This document shows positions 12,791 through 25,871 of a stretch of 64,000 bases of DNA, one piece after another. A model generated the notes under the pieces. It was not told where the DNA came from and did not search any database. It saw only the letters and a list, made by a program, of their open reading frames with translations. The DNA comes from Raja brachyura (taxonomy: Eukaryota), in contig OY740791.1 in assembly GCA_963514005.1 (NCBI GenBank), positions 39,928,001-39,992,000 of the forward strand, read 5' to 3'. Each line of letters opens with the position of its first letter. The first letter of the stretch is position 1. The translations under genes and the position numbers were made by a program.

Positions 12791-15700
12791 CTACTTCTCT
12801 AAATACTGTATATATGGAGACCATATCTGTTGAAAAGAATTATACTCGTCCAAAAGGACAAATCTGATTCTTTCCAACTGCAACGTCTCCAACATCTCTG
12901 ATGCCCACATTTTAATTGTTGGGGATAATGTTCCCTTCCAAAATTTCAATATTATTTTTTTCCCTAATATCAAACAATAATCAAGGAAATTTCTTTGATC
13001 TAGTGTAAATATCAAATTAGCCTCTGGAATTCCCAGTATTATTAGCTTTGGGTCGGGTTCTAATTTAACCTTAAGAACTTCAGAAATAACTTTAAAAATT
13101 TCTGTCCAATAATAATTCAATTTAGGACATGTAACAAAACTGTGTGTTAAATTTGCTTCTAAATTCTTACATTTATCACAAATAGAGGAGAGATTAGGAA
13201 ATATACTATTTAATTTGGCTTTTGAATAATGTAATCTGTATAATACTTTAAATTGTATTAATATATGTCTAGCATTTAACGAGCACCGGTGTATTCGTTG
13301 TAGACTTTCTTCCCAATTTTCTTTGGTTATAGGTGATCCAATTTCATTTTCCCATGCTTGACGATATGTTTCAGTTATTGGATTCTCCTTATCCATAATG
13401 ATGTTATATATATAAGCTATTAATTTTTCTGTGGTTGGATGCCAGTTAAACGATTCATCTAATAATCCTGGTTCCTTATTTTTTAAATCCTGTGTATTAG
13501 ATTTAATATAATCTCTAATTTGGAAATACCTAAACAAATGCTGTGAAGACAATCCGTAGATATCTTGTAATTCCTGAAATGAAAGAAATTTTCCATTTCT
13601 ATAGAGGTGCTCTACCCTTGTAATTCCTAAATTATCCCAATGTCTGAACCCTCCATCCAATGTGGAGGGCTTAAATAATGGGTTATTCATAATTGGTAAT
13701 CTAAATGAAAGGTTGTCTAAATGTAAAGTCTTGACTATTTGTTTCCAAATACGTCTATTATTATAAATGATTGGATTGTCCCTATAAATTTTTTTTTGAA
13801 CTTCCTTTGGGGCAAAAATAATTGAATCTACGTTGAAAGGCAAACAATCTTCCTTTTCTATCTTTAGCCACGTTGGTTCCAGGTCCGTATTTACCCACCA
13901 AAAATTCATATTCTTAATCTGTACTGCCCAGAAGTAGTATAGAAAATTTGGAAGTGCTAATCCTCCGTTTATCTTTGACTTACATAAATGTTTTTTACTT
14001 ATTCTATGATTTTTATAATCCCAGATAAAACTATTAACAATATTATCAATTTTTTTAAAAAAGGTTTTCGGAAGGAAAAAAGGGATAGCTTGAAACAGAT
14101 ATAATAATTGTGGTAGAAAAACCATCTTTATAGCATTTATTCTACCAATCAAAGATATAGGCAGTGTTTTCCAATATAAAATATTTTTTTTAAGTTTATC
14201 TAATAATTGAGGATAATTCGATCTAATTAATGAGTTATGAGATTTAGATACATTAATTCCTAAATATTTAATTTTGTCAGTAACTATTGATAATGGATAT
14301 TGTTGTAATATGTTTAAATTTATATTAGTTATTGGCATAATATCACTTTTATTCCAATTAATCCTATATCCAGAAAATGTACTAAATTTATTTATAACAT
14401 CAAACAACATTGGAATACTAATTTCAGGTTTTGTGATGTAAATCAAAACATCATCTGCATATAAGGATATTTTATTAGTTGTTCTGTCAGTATTATAACC
14501 GTATATTTCAGGTTCTGACCTAATTCTTTCCGCCAAAGGCTCTATCGCCAAGGCAAATAATAAAGGCGATAACGGACATCCTTGTCTACATCCCCTAAAG
14601 AGTTTAAATTTAACTGATAGTATTTGATTAGTTAGAATTCTTGCAGTAGGATCTGAGTATAGGATTCTTACCCATTTACAAAATTGATCCCCCAATTGAA
14701 ACTTTTCCATTATATTAAATAGATATAACCATTCCACCTGGTCAAATGCTTTTTCTGCGTCTAACGATATGACTGCTAATTCCGTATCTCGTATTCTTTT
14801 AGAATATATAATATTAAACAGGCGTCTTAAATTATGAGATGAATAGCGTTTTGGAATAAAACCTGTTTGATCATAATGTATTAATTTAGAGATCACCAAA
14901 CTTAGTCTCCTAGATAAAACTTTAGCTAATATTTTTTGGTCTGTATTTAGAAGGGCAATCGCTCTATATGAACCAGGATCTTCCAGATCTTTATCTACCT
15001 TAGGTATAAGTGTAATTGTGGATTCATTTAAAGAGTCTGGTAATTTTCCTTGTTCATATGCATGTCTATACACTGTATGTAGTCTTGGAGAGATCAGATC
15101 TTGAAATTTTTAATAAAATTCTGCACTCAGGCCGTCAGGTCCCGCAGCTTTTCCATTCTTTAATGAACCAATTGATTCTGCGATATCTTTCACTGATATT
15201 TCAGCATTTAACAAATGTCTCCCTTCCTGATCTAAACTCTTAATTTGACATTCTTGTAGAAATGTTTCCATTCCATCTGTTTGTCCTGTTAATTTTGATG
15301 AGTAAAGATTTTGGTAATATTGTAAAAATCTATCATTAATATCTTTTGGTATGGTCAGTATATTTCCTTGCATTGATCTGATTCCATGTATCGTTTTTTC
15401 ATCGTCTAATTTTCTTAATTGTCGTGCTAGCAATTTATGCGGTTTATCTCCAAATTCAAAATGCACTTGTTTGGTTTGTTGATAAAGTTTGATGACTTGA
15501 TTAGAGTATATTTCATTTAGTCTATACTTTGCTATTGCAATTTTATTACTTAACTCCTTAGAAGGGTGTTTTATATTCTCATTGTCTAGTTGTTTTATCT
15601 CCATTTCTAACTTCTGTTCCCTCTTTCGGTTTTCTTTATTAAAATATGCTTGTGCCGATATTATTGCACCACGCATGAATGCCTTAAATGTATCCCAAAG

Positions 15701-16579
15701 TAACAATGGTGAAATTTCAGGTGTGTCGTTTGTCTCAAAGAATAATTTAATCTGTTCTGTCACATGATTACAACAATCCGTGTCCTTCAGTATCTGAGGA
15801 TTAAATCTCCAAGTCATAGTTTTATTAGATATATCTTTTAGTTTTATCTTAAATGTTAATGGTGCATGATCTGAAATAATAATATTGTGATATTTTGCAT
15901 TGTACGCATAGGGAAGCAGTTTTGAGTCTATTAAAAAGTAATCTATCCTCGAGTAGGTTCCGAATACGGGCGAGAAAAAAGAATATTCTCGTCCGGATGG
16001 GTTCTCTAATCTCCAAATATCCTTAACGTTAGTTGAGTTAATGAAAGAATTTATAAGTTTACTTGAATTAGAAATAGCTTTCCTTTTTGTTGAGGATCTG
16101 TCTAAGTAGTTATCCAAAGTGCAATTTAAATCGCCCCCAATTATTAAATTATGTTGAGTGGATATAGGAATATTATTGAATATTTTCTTGAAAAATAATG
16201 GGTTATCGAAATTAGGAGCATATATATTCATAAGAATTACTTTTTTTGAGTATAATTCCCCTGTAATTATTACATATCTGCCCTCTTTATCTTCTATTAT
16301 AGAACTTTGTTTAAAAGGTATACCTTTACGAATAATTATTGCAACTCCCCTAGATTTATGTATAAATGAAGAATGATATACCTTTGAAATCCATTTAGCT
16401 GTTAATCTATATTGATCATCTCTTTTGAGATGCGTCTCTTGGAGGAAAATAACGTCTGATTTCAATCTATTCAGCTGCGCTAACACCTTACCCCTTTTAA
16501 TTGGTTCATTAATTCCCTTAACATTCCAACTACAGAAAGTGATTCCATCATCCCCAGTCTTCAAATTCATATCTTGCAT
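12791..16579 (-). pseudogene. L1 ORF2p (APE endonuclease-RT-CCHC), about 1262 codons with one in-frame TAA at 15110-15112
   Basis: WNVKG, LQETH, GGDLN, SRIDY and SDH (EN); QGCPLSP and YADD (RT); CDKC...H...C. Both ORF pieces are in the same frame. Confidence 0.93.
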
Positions 16580-17192
16580 TTTAGTATTAGGGTGGTTTTT
16601 TTTGGAGTACCCCTCTCGGCCCCTCCAGCTCAACAAGGCACCCAAACGCCAATCCGACGAAAATTACCAATCTCAATAATCCATATCCATGTCTATCTAA
16701 AATAACTATACGGTATTGTTCATAATTACATTCATATAATATATAACATAAATTCAAATACTTAATATATAAAAAAAAATAGAAAATATAAGTGAAAAAA
16801 GAAAAAAGAGTGTTAAAAGGGTGCCCAAAGAAAAAAAAGACTACACTGATAGATTGTGTAGTGTGTGTTAGTGAACGCCACACTAACGTGGCGATTAATC
16901 TAATGACTTCCGTGTTTAAAAAAGATGTTAAATATTCCAGCTCCCAACTAGAATACTGTGTATATTGGGGTGGGGTACTAACTTTAAGGGTTTAGTAATT
17001 ATTTATATTATTCATGAAACTATTTATTAATTACTATTCTATTGTAATTAGTATTATAATAAATAATACTATGTTAGGGGAATTATTGAAATTCTACAAA
17101 TTGATACCAAACCACTACTACATTCCCATTATTTTCCCTCTTTCTCAATGAATAATTCATAACCGCAGGTTAATGATAAAAGTCCAAAATGT

Positions 17193-18326
17193 TCAGTCGT
17201 CGTCTTCTTCCTCCCGTGATTCATCGTCTGTTTCCTCCTCTTCTGCCTTCTTCTGTATGCCTTGAGCGAACTTCAATGCGTCAGTATGCTTAACGAAGCG
17301 GTGTTCCTCGTTGTCATAGGTCACTCTCAGTGTTGCTGGGTACATCAAGCCATATCTGAGATCCACTGTATTCTTTAAATTCCGTAGGATGCCTCTTGTT
17401 TCAGTGAATAAGGATCTTCTCTTAGCAACATTCGCTGGGTAATCTCTGAAGATACTAATGTTATTTCCTTCGTATTTCAAATTTCTCTTTCTCATTATTA
17501 TCTTCATCATATCTTCAAAGACGTGATCATACACCACCTTTACAATCATTTGTCTGGGTGGTGCACCTCTCCCAAGGACCCGTCTTAAAGCCCTGTGGGC
17601 ACGGCCCAACAGTGGTTCTTCATCCAATTCCAAAATGTCTTTTAGGAGTTTTGCAACAAATTTTCGTGGATCTTGATTTCCTTCACAACCTTCGGTCAAT
17701 CCTACAATTCGCAAATTCTTACGTCTTTGTCGGCCCTCCAAATCAATACATTTCTCATTTATTTTGCGAAGTAGTTCTGAGAGGCGTTTATTCTCGGCAA
17801 GTAACTTCTCAGTTTCCTTGGCACTTTTTACAGCAAAATCAGCCAAATCTTTAAGTGTATCATTGTGTTGGTCCATTGTAATGGTAATAGGATCTATCTT
17901 ATCATTCAGCATTTGTTCCAACCCAGCAACCTTGGCGTTTATCTCAGAGAATCGGTTTTGAAATTCAGCCTCCGTCTTACTTTTCCATTCGCTCATCATA
18001 ATCTTTACCGTCTCGGTAACTTCTTTTGTTAATTCCACTTTAATTCTCTCCTGAGACACCAGAATCTCCTCTTTTAGATTTTTTATTTCATCTTTATATT
18101 CTTTCTTCATGTCTTTAAATTCATCTTTATATTCCTTCTTCAGATCTTTTATTTCTTTCACCAGTTTCTTCATCTCACCTATCATGGAATTTTTAAACTC
18201 TTCCATTTCCACTTTTCTCTGTGAGATCTCTTCCTGGGAGGCAGTCAGACTCGAGCCCGAGGCTTTGGTGGTGCCAGCCTCTCTTCTTAGGCCCGTTTTC
18301 TTCGGGGGAGGGGAGGAGTGCTGCAT
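17193..18326 (-). CDS. L1 ORF1p (coiled coil plus RRM/CTD), 377 aa, open
   Basis: Heptad-rich N-terminus; LEGRQRRKNLRIVGLTEG, RAHR, ISIFRDY and YPATLRV motifs. Confidence 0.93.
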   Translation of the reverse strand: MQHSSPPPKKTGLRREAGTTKASGSSLTASQEEISQRKVEMEEFKNSMIGEMKKLVKEIKDLKKEYKDEFKDMKKEYKDEIKNLKEEILVSQERIKVELTKEVTETVKIMMSEWKSKTEAEFQNRFSEINAKVAGLEQMLNDKIDPITITMDQHNDTLKDLADFAVKSAKETEKLLAENKRLSELLRKINEKCIDLEGRQRRKNLRIVGLTEGCEGNQDPRKFVAKLLKDILELDEEPLLGRAHRALRRVLGRGAPPRQMIVKVVYDHVFEDMMKIIMRKRNLKYEGNNISIFRDYPANVAKRRSLFTETRGILRNLKNTVDLRYGLMYPATLRVTYDNEEHRFVKHTDALKFAQGIQKKAEEEETDDESREEEDDD

Positions 18327-19851
18327 TTTAAATTTCTTACCGAAGTCGCGCGCCTGATGACGTCACGCAGCCTTCAATCGCACCGGAGCCGTTTTTAATC
18401 GATCTCCTGCGGTAAGTAGCGTTAGCACCCTCCTTTAGCCCCGTTTTTTTTACAGATTTTTACGGAGCTGATCTGGCGCTGTTCTCCCCTAGAACATGGC
18501 GCCACCGAAAGTTATGGGCTTTTAACTGTTCCAGATCACAGCTTTTGAGTTAAGTCAATTGAAAGGCAATGGGGAACAAGATGCTAATTTCCGAGTATGA
18601 AAATGGCCATAACTTTCTTAATACTGAAGATATGAAAGTGAATTAGGTGTCAAATAAAACTTCTTTTTATGCTTTATCTGATGGGATAAATTGCAGACTT
18701 GATTTTTAAAATCTCAAAATGTTGTAACATTGCTACTTTGATAAGGTGCCATGTGGGCAGCTGCGAAGGTAGATGAGGGGATTGAAGGCTTTGTGGCCAA
18801 GTTTGCAGATTATACGAAAATAGGTGGAGGGGCAGGTAGTATAGGGAAAGCAGGGACTGCAGAAGGACTTGGGCAGGTTGGGAGAGTGGGCAGAGAAGTG
18901 GCAGAAGGAATATAGTGAAGCAAAGTGTGGAGTCATGCATTTTGGTAGTAAGACTATTTTCTAAATAGGGAAATAATCTAGAAATCGAAGGTGTAAAGGT
19001 AAGGGAGTGCTGGTGCAGGATTCCCAAAAAGTTATTTGCAAGTCAAATCAATAGTAAGGAAGGCAAATGCAATGCTAGCATTTGTTTCAAGAGGGCTAGA
19101 ATACAAACACCCAGATATAATGCTGAGGCTCTATAAGGCGCTGGTCAGGCTGAATTTGGAGTATTGTGAGCAACTTTGGGTACCATATCTGATGAAGGAT
19201 GTGCTGTCTCTGGCGAGGGTCCAGATGAGTTTTACAAGAATTAGCCCAGGAATGAGTGGATTAACATATGATGAGCGTTTGATGGCACTGGGCCTATACT
19301 CACTGGAGTTTAGAAGGATGAGGGGGGGGGGGACCTCATTGAAACTTACCAAATAATGAAAGGCCTGGATGGATTCAATGTGGAGATGATGCTAGTCTAG
19401 GATCAGAGGCCGTAGCCTCGGACTAAAAGGTCATACCTTTAGAAAGAAAATGAGCTGGAATTTCCTGATTCGGGTGGTGAATCTGTGCAATTCATTGCCA
19501 CAGATGGCTGTGGGGGCCAAATCAATGGATATTTTTAAGGCGGAGATTGACAGATTCTTGATTAGAATGGGTCTAGGGTCATGGGGAGAAGGTAGGCGAA
19601 TGGGGTTGAGTGGGAAAGATAAATCACCCATGATTGAATGGCAGAGTAGACTTGATGGGCTGAATGGCCTAATTTTGCTCCTATAACTTATGAACAGTAT
19701 TGCTCTCTGAACAGAAATGAAGCTGACTTGGGCTGACACTCTCCAGGGTATAAATAAATGACTAATGGCATCACTGGGCTTAGTAGGGTGGATAAGGGGT
19801 GATATTTCCATGAGCAAAGCAAACTGATTGCCAGAGCAGCTAAACGCTTAC

Positions 19852-19929
19852 ATCCACTTCCATTATTTTTGAGTTTATGTTCTTTTGCTGGTGGTATGGA
19901 TGGTAGTTTTGAAATGTATCTTCCAAGAA
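19852..19929 (-). CDS. Candidate stalk exon 3 of TIM copy B: (V)LGRYISKLPSIPPAKEHKLKNNGSG
   Basis: Acceptor ctctcccttag and donor T|gtaagc. 78 nt, open, phase 1-1 compatible with the IgV exon, and in unique sequence. Confidence 0.5.
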
Positions 19930-20389
19930 CTAAGGGAGAGGAGATGAATCATTGTGGTAGATGCCTGTCCTCAGAATTAACGTTATTTTGACAATCCGCT
20001 CAAGAACAGAAAGGAAATAAAACCAAAAACCAGGGGGAACATCCTGTGGCACTGAGTTTTCTTATTTTCTTAGCATTAGATCTTATTCAAATCACTTTGA
20101 TGACCAAATGCTCATGTGGATTTTTGGTTCTGCTTCTCCCAGCAATCTGATGAATTAACATTGGTCAATTCAATCAAATTTTGCTCTGACTGCTGGACTG
20201 CTGTGCCTTATGGACTAGGAACTGGGCTGAGCCTGTACTTCACTGCAGTACATTTTCACAGCAAAGAAATTACATTTCCATCCGCCCAAAAAAATCTGAT
20301 TAGCAAGTGGAAAAACAGTACCTATAGTAGTAGTTCACATTTGGAAAGACTGATGGAAGGTTGACATTAGGATCAGTCTTAAAGGAAAG

Positions 20390-21670
20390 CAGAGGTTAAG
20401 GAAGCTGGAGGCTCAATGTTCCAGACTTTCAAAGTTTCAGACACGATAAGGTGGGAGGGAAGAGGTGGCGGAGTTGCTCTACTAATCAGGGAGAATGTCA
20501 AAGTGGCACTTTGAGAGAACGCAGTGTAGGGTCCGCCCACTGAGTTGATAAGGGTCAAGATCAAAATTAAGAAAGGTGCAAGCAATCTAAAGGGATTGTA
20601 CTATCAGCCCCTCAATAGTCAGCAGGAGATAGAGCAACTATTTGTAGATAGAGTACTGAAAGATTCAGAGTTGTCTACGTGGATGAGCTTAACTTCACCT
20701 ATATTGACCAGGACTTGCTCAGTGCTAAAGGCTTAGAAAGGGCAGAATTTATTCAGTGTATCAAAGACTGTTTCCTGAAACAGTATGTGGATAGACCAAC
20801 CCGAGAAGGAAACATACTTGTGTTGGAAAATGAGCTTAGTAAAAGGCAACTAACTTCATGCAGAGTAAGGAGGAGTGCTGGTTCCACATGAACAGTGACA
20901 CGAATACTGCAATTTACAATTTACATTCATAATTTATTTTCTAAATGGGGAGAGAATCCAGAAATCGGAGGTGCAAAGGGACTTGGGAGTGCTGGTGCAG
21001 GATCCCCAAAAAGTTAATCTGCAAGTCGAATCGGTAGTAAAGAAAGCAAACTTAATGCTAGCATTTATTTCAATTGGGCTTGTATACAAAAAGAGTCGTA
21101 ATGCTCAGGCTCAATAAGGGCTGGTAAGGCCACATTTGGAATATTGTGAGCAATTTTAGGCACTATATCTGAGGAAGGATGTGCTGGCTCTGGAGAGGGT
21201 CCAGAGGAGTTTACAAGAATGATCCCAGGAATGAGCAGGTAAACCTACGATGAGCGTTTGTTGCCACTGAGCCTGAACTCGCTGGGGTTTAGAAGAATGA
21301 GGGGGGACCTCATTGAAACAGACAGAATAGTGAAAGGCTTGGATAGAGTGGATGGGGAGAGGATGATTCCACTAGTGGGAGAGTCGAGGACCAGAGGTCA
21401 GAGCCTCAGAACTAAAGGACGTTCTTTAAGGAAGGAGATGAGGAGAAATTTCTTTAGTCAGACGGTGGTGATCTGTGGAATTCTTTGCCACAGAAGGCTG
21501 TGGAGGCCAAGTCCATGAATATTTTTACAGCAGAGATAGATAGATTCTTGATTAGTACAGGTGTCAGAGGTTTTGAGGAGAAGGCAGGAGAATAGGGTTG
21601 TGAGGGAGAGACAGAGCAGCCATGATTGAATATTGATGGGCCAAATGGCCTAATTCTACTTCTATCACAT
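20390..21670 (+). mobile_element. CR1 fragments (EN part about 20390-20830; 3' part about 20935-21670)
   Basis: GGGVALLI / FLKQYVDRPTRE; FRRMRGDLIET...MRRNFFSQ; CR1 3' UTR. Confidence 0.8.
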
Positions 21671-22524
21671 ATAATTTAGACTTGGGAATGAAATTTTTTA
21701 TAATTAATAGTCATTAATCCTGAAGAGTATTCCGACAAATCACATGAGTAATAATGAACTTAATTTGTTAATTATTTGTCAACAGTGCAAACCAGATCAT
21801 ACAAAGTGGAAAGAATAGGAAGGTCACTTATCACTTGACAGATATGAATCTAAGCTGTGTAAAAAAAGCACGGAGTATAAATAACCTTCACTGCTGATTT
21901 TGCTACAGCTTACAAAGGCAATAGAAAATGCAAGTTAAACCCAATGGTTCATTTATGAAGGAGTATCAAACAATGCGGTAGTTATACAAAATCTGCTTTG
22001 AGCTTTGGTGGGAACATATTAGTGATTAGTTTGCCCAGTTCTGGTCTGCACATTATAAAAAGGATGCAGAAGGTGCACATAGATATTTTGTAAGGATTTA
22101 CATGGAATTACGAGACATGGCTCCCGGTGACCAAGGCTGGGAGCTAAACATGCAGGGGTATTAGATATTCTGGAAGGATAGACAGAAAGGAAGAGGAGAT
22201 GGGGTGATATTGCTGGTTAAAGAGGAGATTAATGCAAAAGCAAGGAGAGACATCAGCTTGGATGCGGTAAAATCGGTATAGGTAGAACTGCAAATTAGCC
22301 AAGGGCAGAAAACGCTTTTGGAGTGGTATACAGAGCATCAAACAACAGTAGTGAGATCAGGGATAACATCAGGCAGGAAATTAGAGTGGGTGTAGCAAAG
22401 CTACAGCAGTTATTATGGGAGACTTTAATCTACATATAGATTGGGCCAACCAAATTGGTAACAGTGCCGAGGAGGAGGATTTCCTGGAATGTATACTGAA
22501 TGGTTTTTAAATCAATATGTAGTG

Positions 22525-22819
22525 CAGGAGTGGGTAACCTGCGGCCCTAAGGTCTCATGCGGCCTTCTAGGCCACTAAGTGCTGCCTTTTGAATGAATCC
22601 AAATTTTGTGGAACAAATCCTTTTATTTTTATTAATATGTTTTTGTTTGTCTTTAATTGTTTATATTTTAATCTTTAAAAACGTATTTAAAATACCAAAG
22701 AGAGAAAGAAGATTCAACAAAATAATCCTATATCTAATTGAAGTTTCTTGGATGTGGCCTTTAATAGATTACAGCTAACTTAATGCGGCCTTCCAACATG
22801 AAAAGGTTCCCCACCCCTG
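22525..22819. mobile_element. hAT-Charlie-type MITE
   Basis: TIRs CAGGAGTGGGTAACCT / AGGTTCCCCACCCCTG; degenerate 8-bp TSD ATGTAGTG / ATGCAGAG. Confidence 0.8.
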
Positions 22820-24702
22820 ATGCAGAGGAACCGAATAGAGGCCATCCTAGACTGGGTATTGTGTAATGAGGAAGGATTATTAAGCAATCTTGTTGTGCAA
22901 TGCCCCTTGGGCAACAGTGACCATATGGTGGAATTCTGCATTAGGATGGGGAGTGACACGGTTAATTCAGAGACTAGGCTACTGAACTTGAATAACGGAG
23001 ACTTTGAAGGTATGAGATGGGAATTGGCTAGGATAGACTGGCAAATCATACTTAAAGGATTGACAATGGAGATGCAATGGCAAAGATTTAATGACCGCAT
23101 GGATGAACTCCGGAAATTGTTCAACCGTGGCTGACAAGGGACATCAAGGATAGTGTTAATGCCAAGGAAGAGGCAAAAAATTGTCCAGAAGAAGTGACAA
23201 ACCAGAGGGCTGGAGAAATTTAGATCACAACAGAGGAGGGGAAAGGGTTTAGTTAAGGTGTGTGGGGGAGGGGGGGGGGGGGATGAAAGAAAGCTTGCGG
23301 GGAATATAAAAACTGACTGTAAAAGTTTCTATAGGTATGTAAAAAGGAAAAGACAAGTGAAGACGTATGTAGGTCCCTTACAGTCAGAGACAGGTGAATT
23401 TATATTTGGAAACAAGGAAATGGCAGAACAGTTAAACAAATACTTTGGTTCTGTCTTCACTAAGGAAGAAACAAACAATCTAGGGGACGAAGGATCTAGT
23501 GGTGGGGAGGAACTGAAGGGAATCCACATTAGTCAGAAAATGGTTTTAGGTAAATTGTTGGGACTGAAGGCAGATAAATCCCCAGGGCCTGATGGTCTGC
23601 ATCCCAGATTACTCAGGGTGGTGGCCCCAGAAATTGTGGATGCATTGGTGATCATTTTCCAATGTTCTCTCGACTCTGGATCCGTTCCTGTGGAATGGAG
23701 GGTGGCCAATGTAACTCCACTTTGAAGAAAGGGGACAGAGAGAAAATGGGGAATTATAGACCAGTTAGCTTTGCATCGGTAGTGGGGAAGATGCTGGAGT
23801 CGATTATTAACACTTATAGCAGCACATTTGAAGAACAGTGATGGGATCAGTCAACGTAAGCATGGATTTATGAAGGGGAATTCATACCTGACTAATCTTT
23901 TGAAATTTTTTGAGGATGTAACAAGTAGAATGGATTAGGGAGAGCCAGTGGATGTGGTGTATCTGGACATTCAAAAAGCCTTTGACAAGGTCCCACACAA
24001 GAGATTAGTGTGCAAAATTAGACCACGTGGTATTGGGGGTAGGGTATTGACATGGATAGAGAACTGGTTGGCAGACAGGAAGCAAAGAGTGGGAATTAAC
24101 AGGTCCTTTTCAGAATGGCAGGCAGTGAATATGTATTAACGATTTAGACAAGGGAATTAAATGGAACATCTCTATGACACAAAGCTGGGCAGCAGTGTGA
24201 GCTGCGAGGACGATGCTATGAGGCTGCAAGGTGACTTGGATAGGTTGGGTGAGTGCCCAGAAGCATGGCAGATGCAGTATAATGTGGATAAATGTGAGGT
24301 TATCCACTTTGGTGACAAGAACAGGAAGGCAGATTATTATATGAATGGTGTCAGATTAGGAGAAGGGGAGTTGCAACGAGACCTGGGTGTGCTTGTACAT
24401 CAATCACTGAAAGTAAGCATGTAGGTACAGCAGGCAGTGAAGAAAGGCATGTTGGCCTTCATTGCAAGAGGATTTGAGTTTAGGAGCAAGGAGGTCCTAC
24501 TGCAGTTGTACAGGGCCCTGGTGAGACCACACCTGGAGTATTTTGTGCAATTGTGGGCCCCTAATTTGAGGTTGGACATTATTGCTATTGAGGGAGTGCA
24601 GCGTAGGTTCACCAGAATTCCCAGGATGGCGGGACTGATGTATGATGAAAGAATGGATCCAGCTTGTATTCGCTGGAATTTAGGTGGATGAGAGGGGATC
24701 TT

Positions 24703-24975
24703 ATCTATAATTAAAAGTCTCATCTTGACCACTTCCTGTTTGCACTGCATATTGATTTTAGAAAAAATGCTACCGCTTACGACTGATTTTTTGCCATCTT
24801 ACTCAGAGTCTCCCTCCGCTGTGCAGGACAATAGGATTTTTCCCTGCAGGATGGGGAGGGAGAGGTCACCTTGGTGGACTTGCATCCTGCTTGAAATGGT
24901 CGGAAACTATTTTTGAATTTGGTGGCCTTGGACCCTGCTTGAAATGGTATGAAACTGCTTTTGATACCACCAAAT
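24703..24975 (+). mobile_element. Helitron-like 5' fragment inserted in CR1
   Basis: Begins A|TCTATAATTAAAAG inside the CR1 GDLI codons. No 3' CTRR end is seen. Confidence 0.4.
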
Positions 24976-25871
24976 GTTCCCGGTTGGGGAGTCCAGAACC
25001 AGGGGTCACAGTTTAAGATTAAGGGGTAGGTCATTTAGGACTGAGATGAGGAAAAACTTTTTCACCCAGAGTTGTGAATCTGTGAATTCTCTGCCACAGA
25101 AGGCAGTGGAGGCCAATTCATTGGATGTTTTCAAGAGGTAGATTTAGCTCCTGGGGCTAAGTAAATCAAGGGATCTGGGGGAAAAGCCAAAATGGGGTAC
25201 TGATTTTGGATGATCAGCCATGATCATATTGAATGGCGGTGCTGGCTCGAAGGGCCAAATGGCCTACTCCTGCACCTATTTTCTATGTTGCTATGTTAGA
25301 TATGCAAGAGCGTACATTAAAGAAAAAGATGATGAGACCAAACTCTTTGGCTTTGGAATAAGGCTGACGGCTAAGCCAAGCGAAGTTGTTAATATGAGAC
25401 GTTTTGTTAGATAGGGTGCATAATTAGAAGCCATCAATTTGGACAGCTAACAAAAACAAAAAAAATCCAGCAGCAAATTCAGCAAAAAATGTAGAACTTG
25501 CTACTGCGGTGAGTGGTTGAAATAAATAAAGATGTATTTATGGGGAAAACACGCAAACATTTAAGGTGAACGGGAATAGATATTTATACCAACAATAGAT
25601 CGTTAAAAAACTGGGAAAGCCTCAAGTGGAGCATAAATGCCAGCATGGACTGGTTGCCACAGCTGGGGGTTTTCTCTGCCGAAAAATACAGCATGTTCTT
25701 TCCCACAATATCTGAGGCAATATCTGAGGCACCCTTACATAAAATACAGGACTCCGCTGTCTTTTGCATCGTGTACATTGATCATGGAGCTTGATGTTTG
25801 AATGTAGCAACGAGTAATCTAGAAACAGCATTTATGAGACAGAAACGTGTAATATTGAGGTTCCTGCTTAC

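Larger units (their letters stand above)
12405..18506 (-). mobile_element. Full-length L1-clade LINE (about 6.1 kb)
   Basis: 17-bp TSD GAAAGTTATGGGCTTTT (12388-12404 / 18507-18523), polyA tail, TTTT/AA target site, ORF1, inter-ORF spacer and ORF2. Confidence 0.96.
11597..18735 (+). mobile_element. About 1020-bp non-autonomous DNA transposon (hAT/hATw-like) with a 7-bp TSD, interrupted by L1
   Basis: Imperfect TIRs TAGGTATGTTACAA / TTGTAACATTGCTA. TSD CTTTGAT at 11590-11596 and 18736-18742. Confidence 0.82.
11470..19690 (+). mobile_element. CR1 fragment (11470-11596 plus 18743-19690) split by a DNA transposon
   Basis: The FQKAFD|KV codons are interrupted at 11596 and resume at 18736-18750. 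Downstream ORFs 19036-19356 and 19450-19686 are the CR1 C-terminus. Confidence 0.8.
22120..25297 (+). mobile_element. Long degraded CR1 ORF2 with nested insertions
   Basis: ILDWVLCNEEG, KSPGPDGLHP, YLDIQKAFDKV, RPHLEY; CTATGTT tail. Confidence 0.9.
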
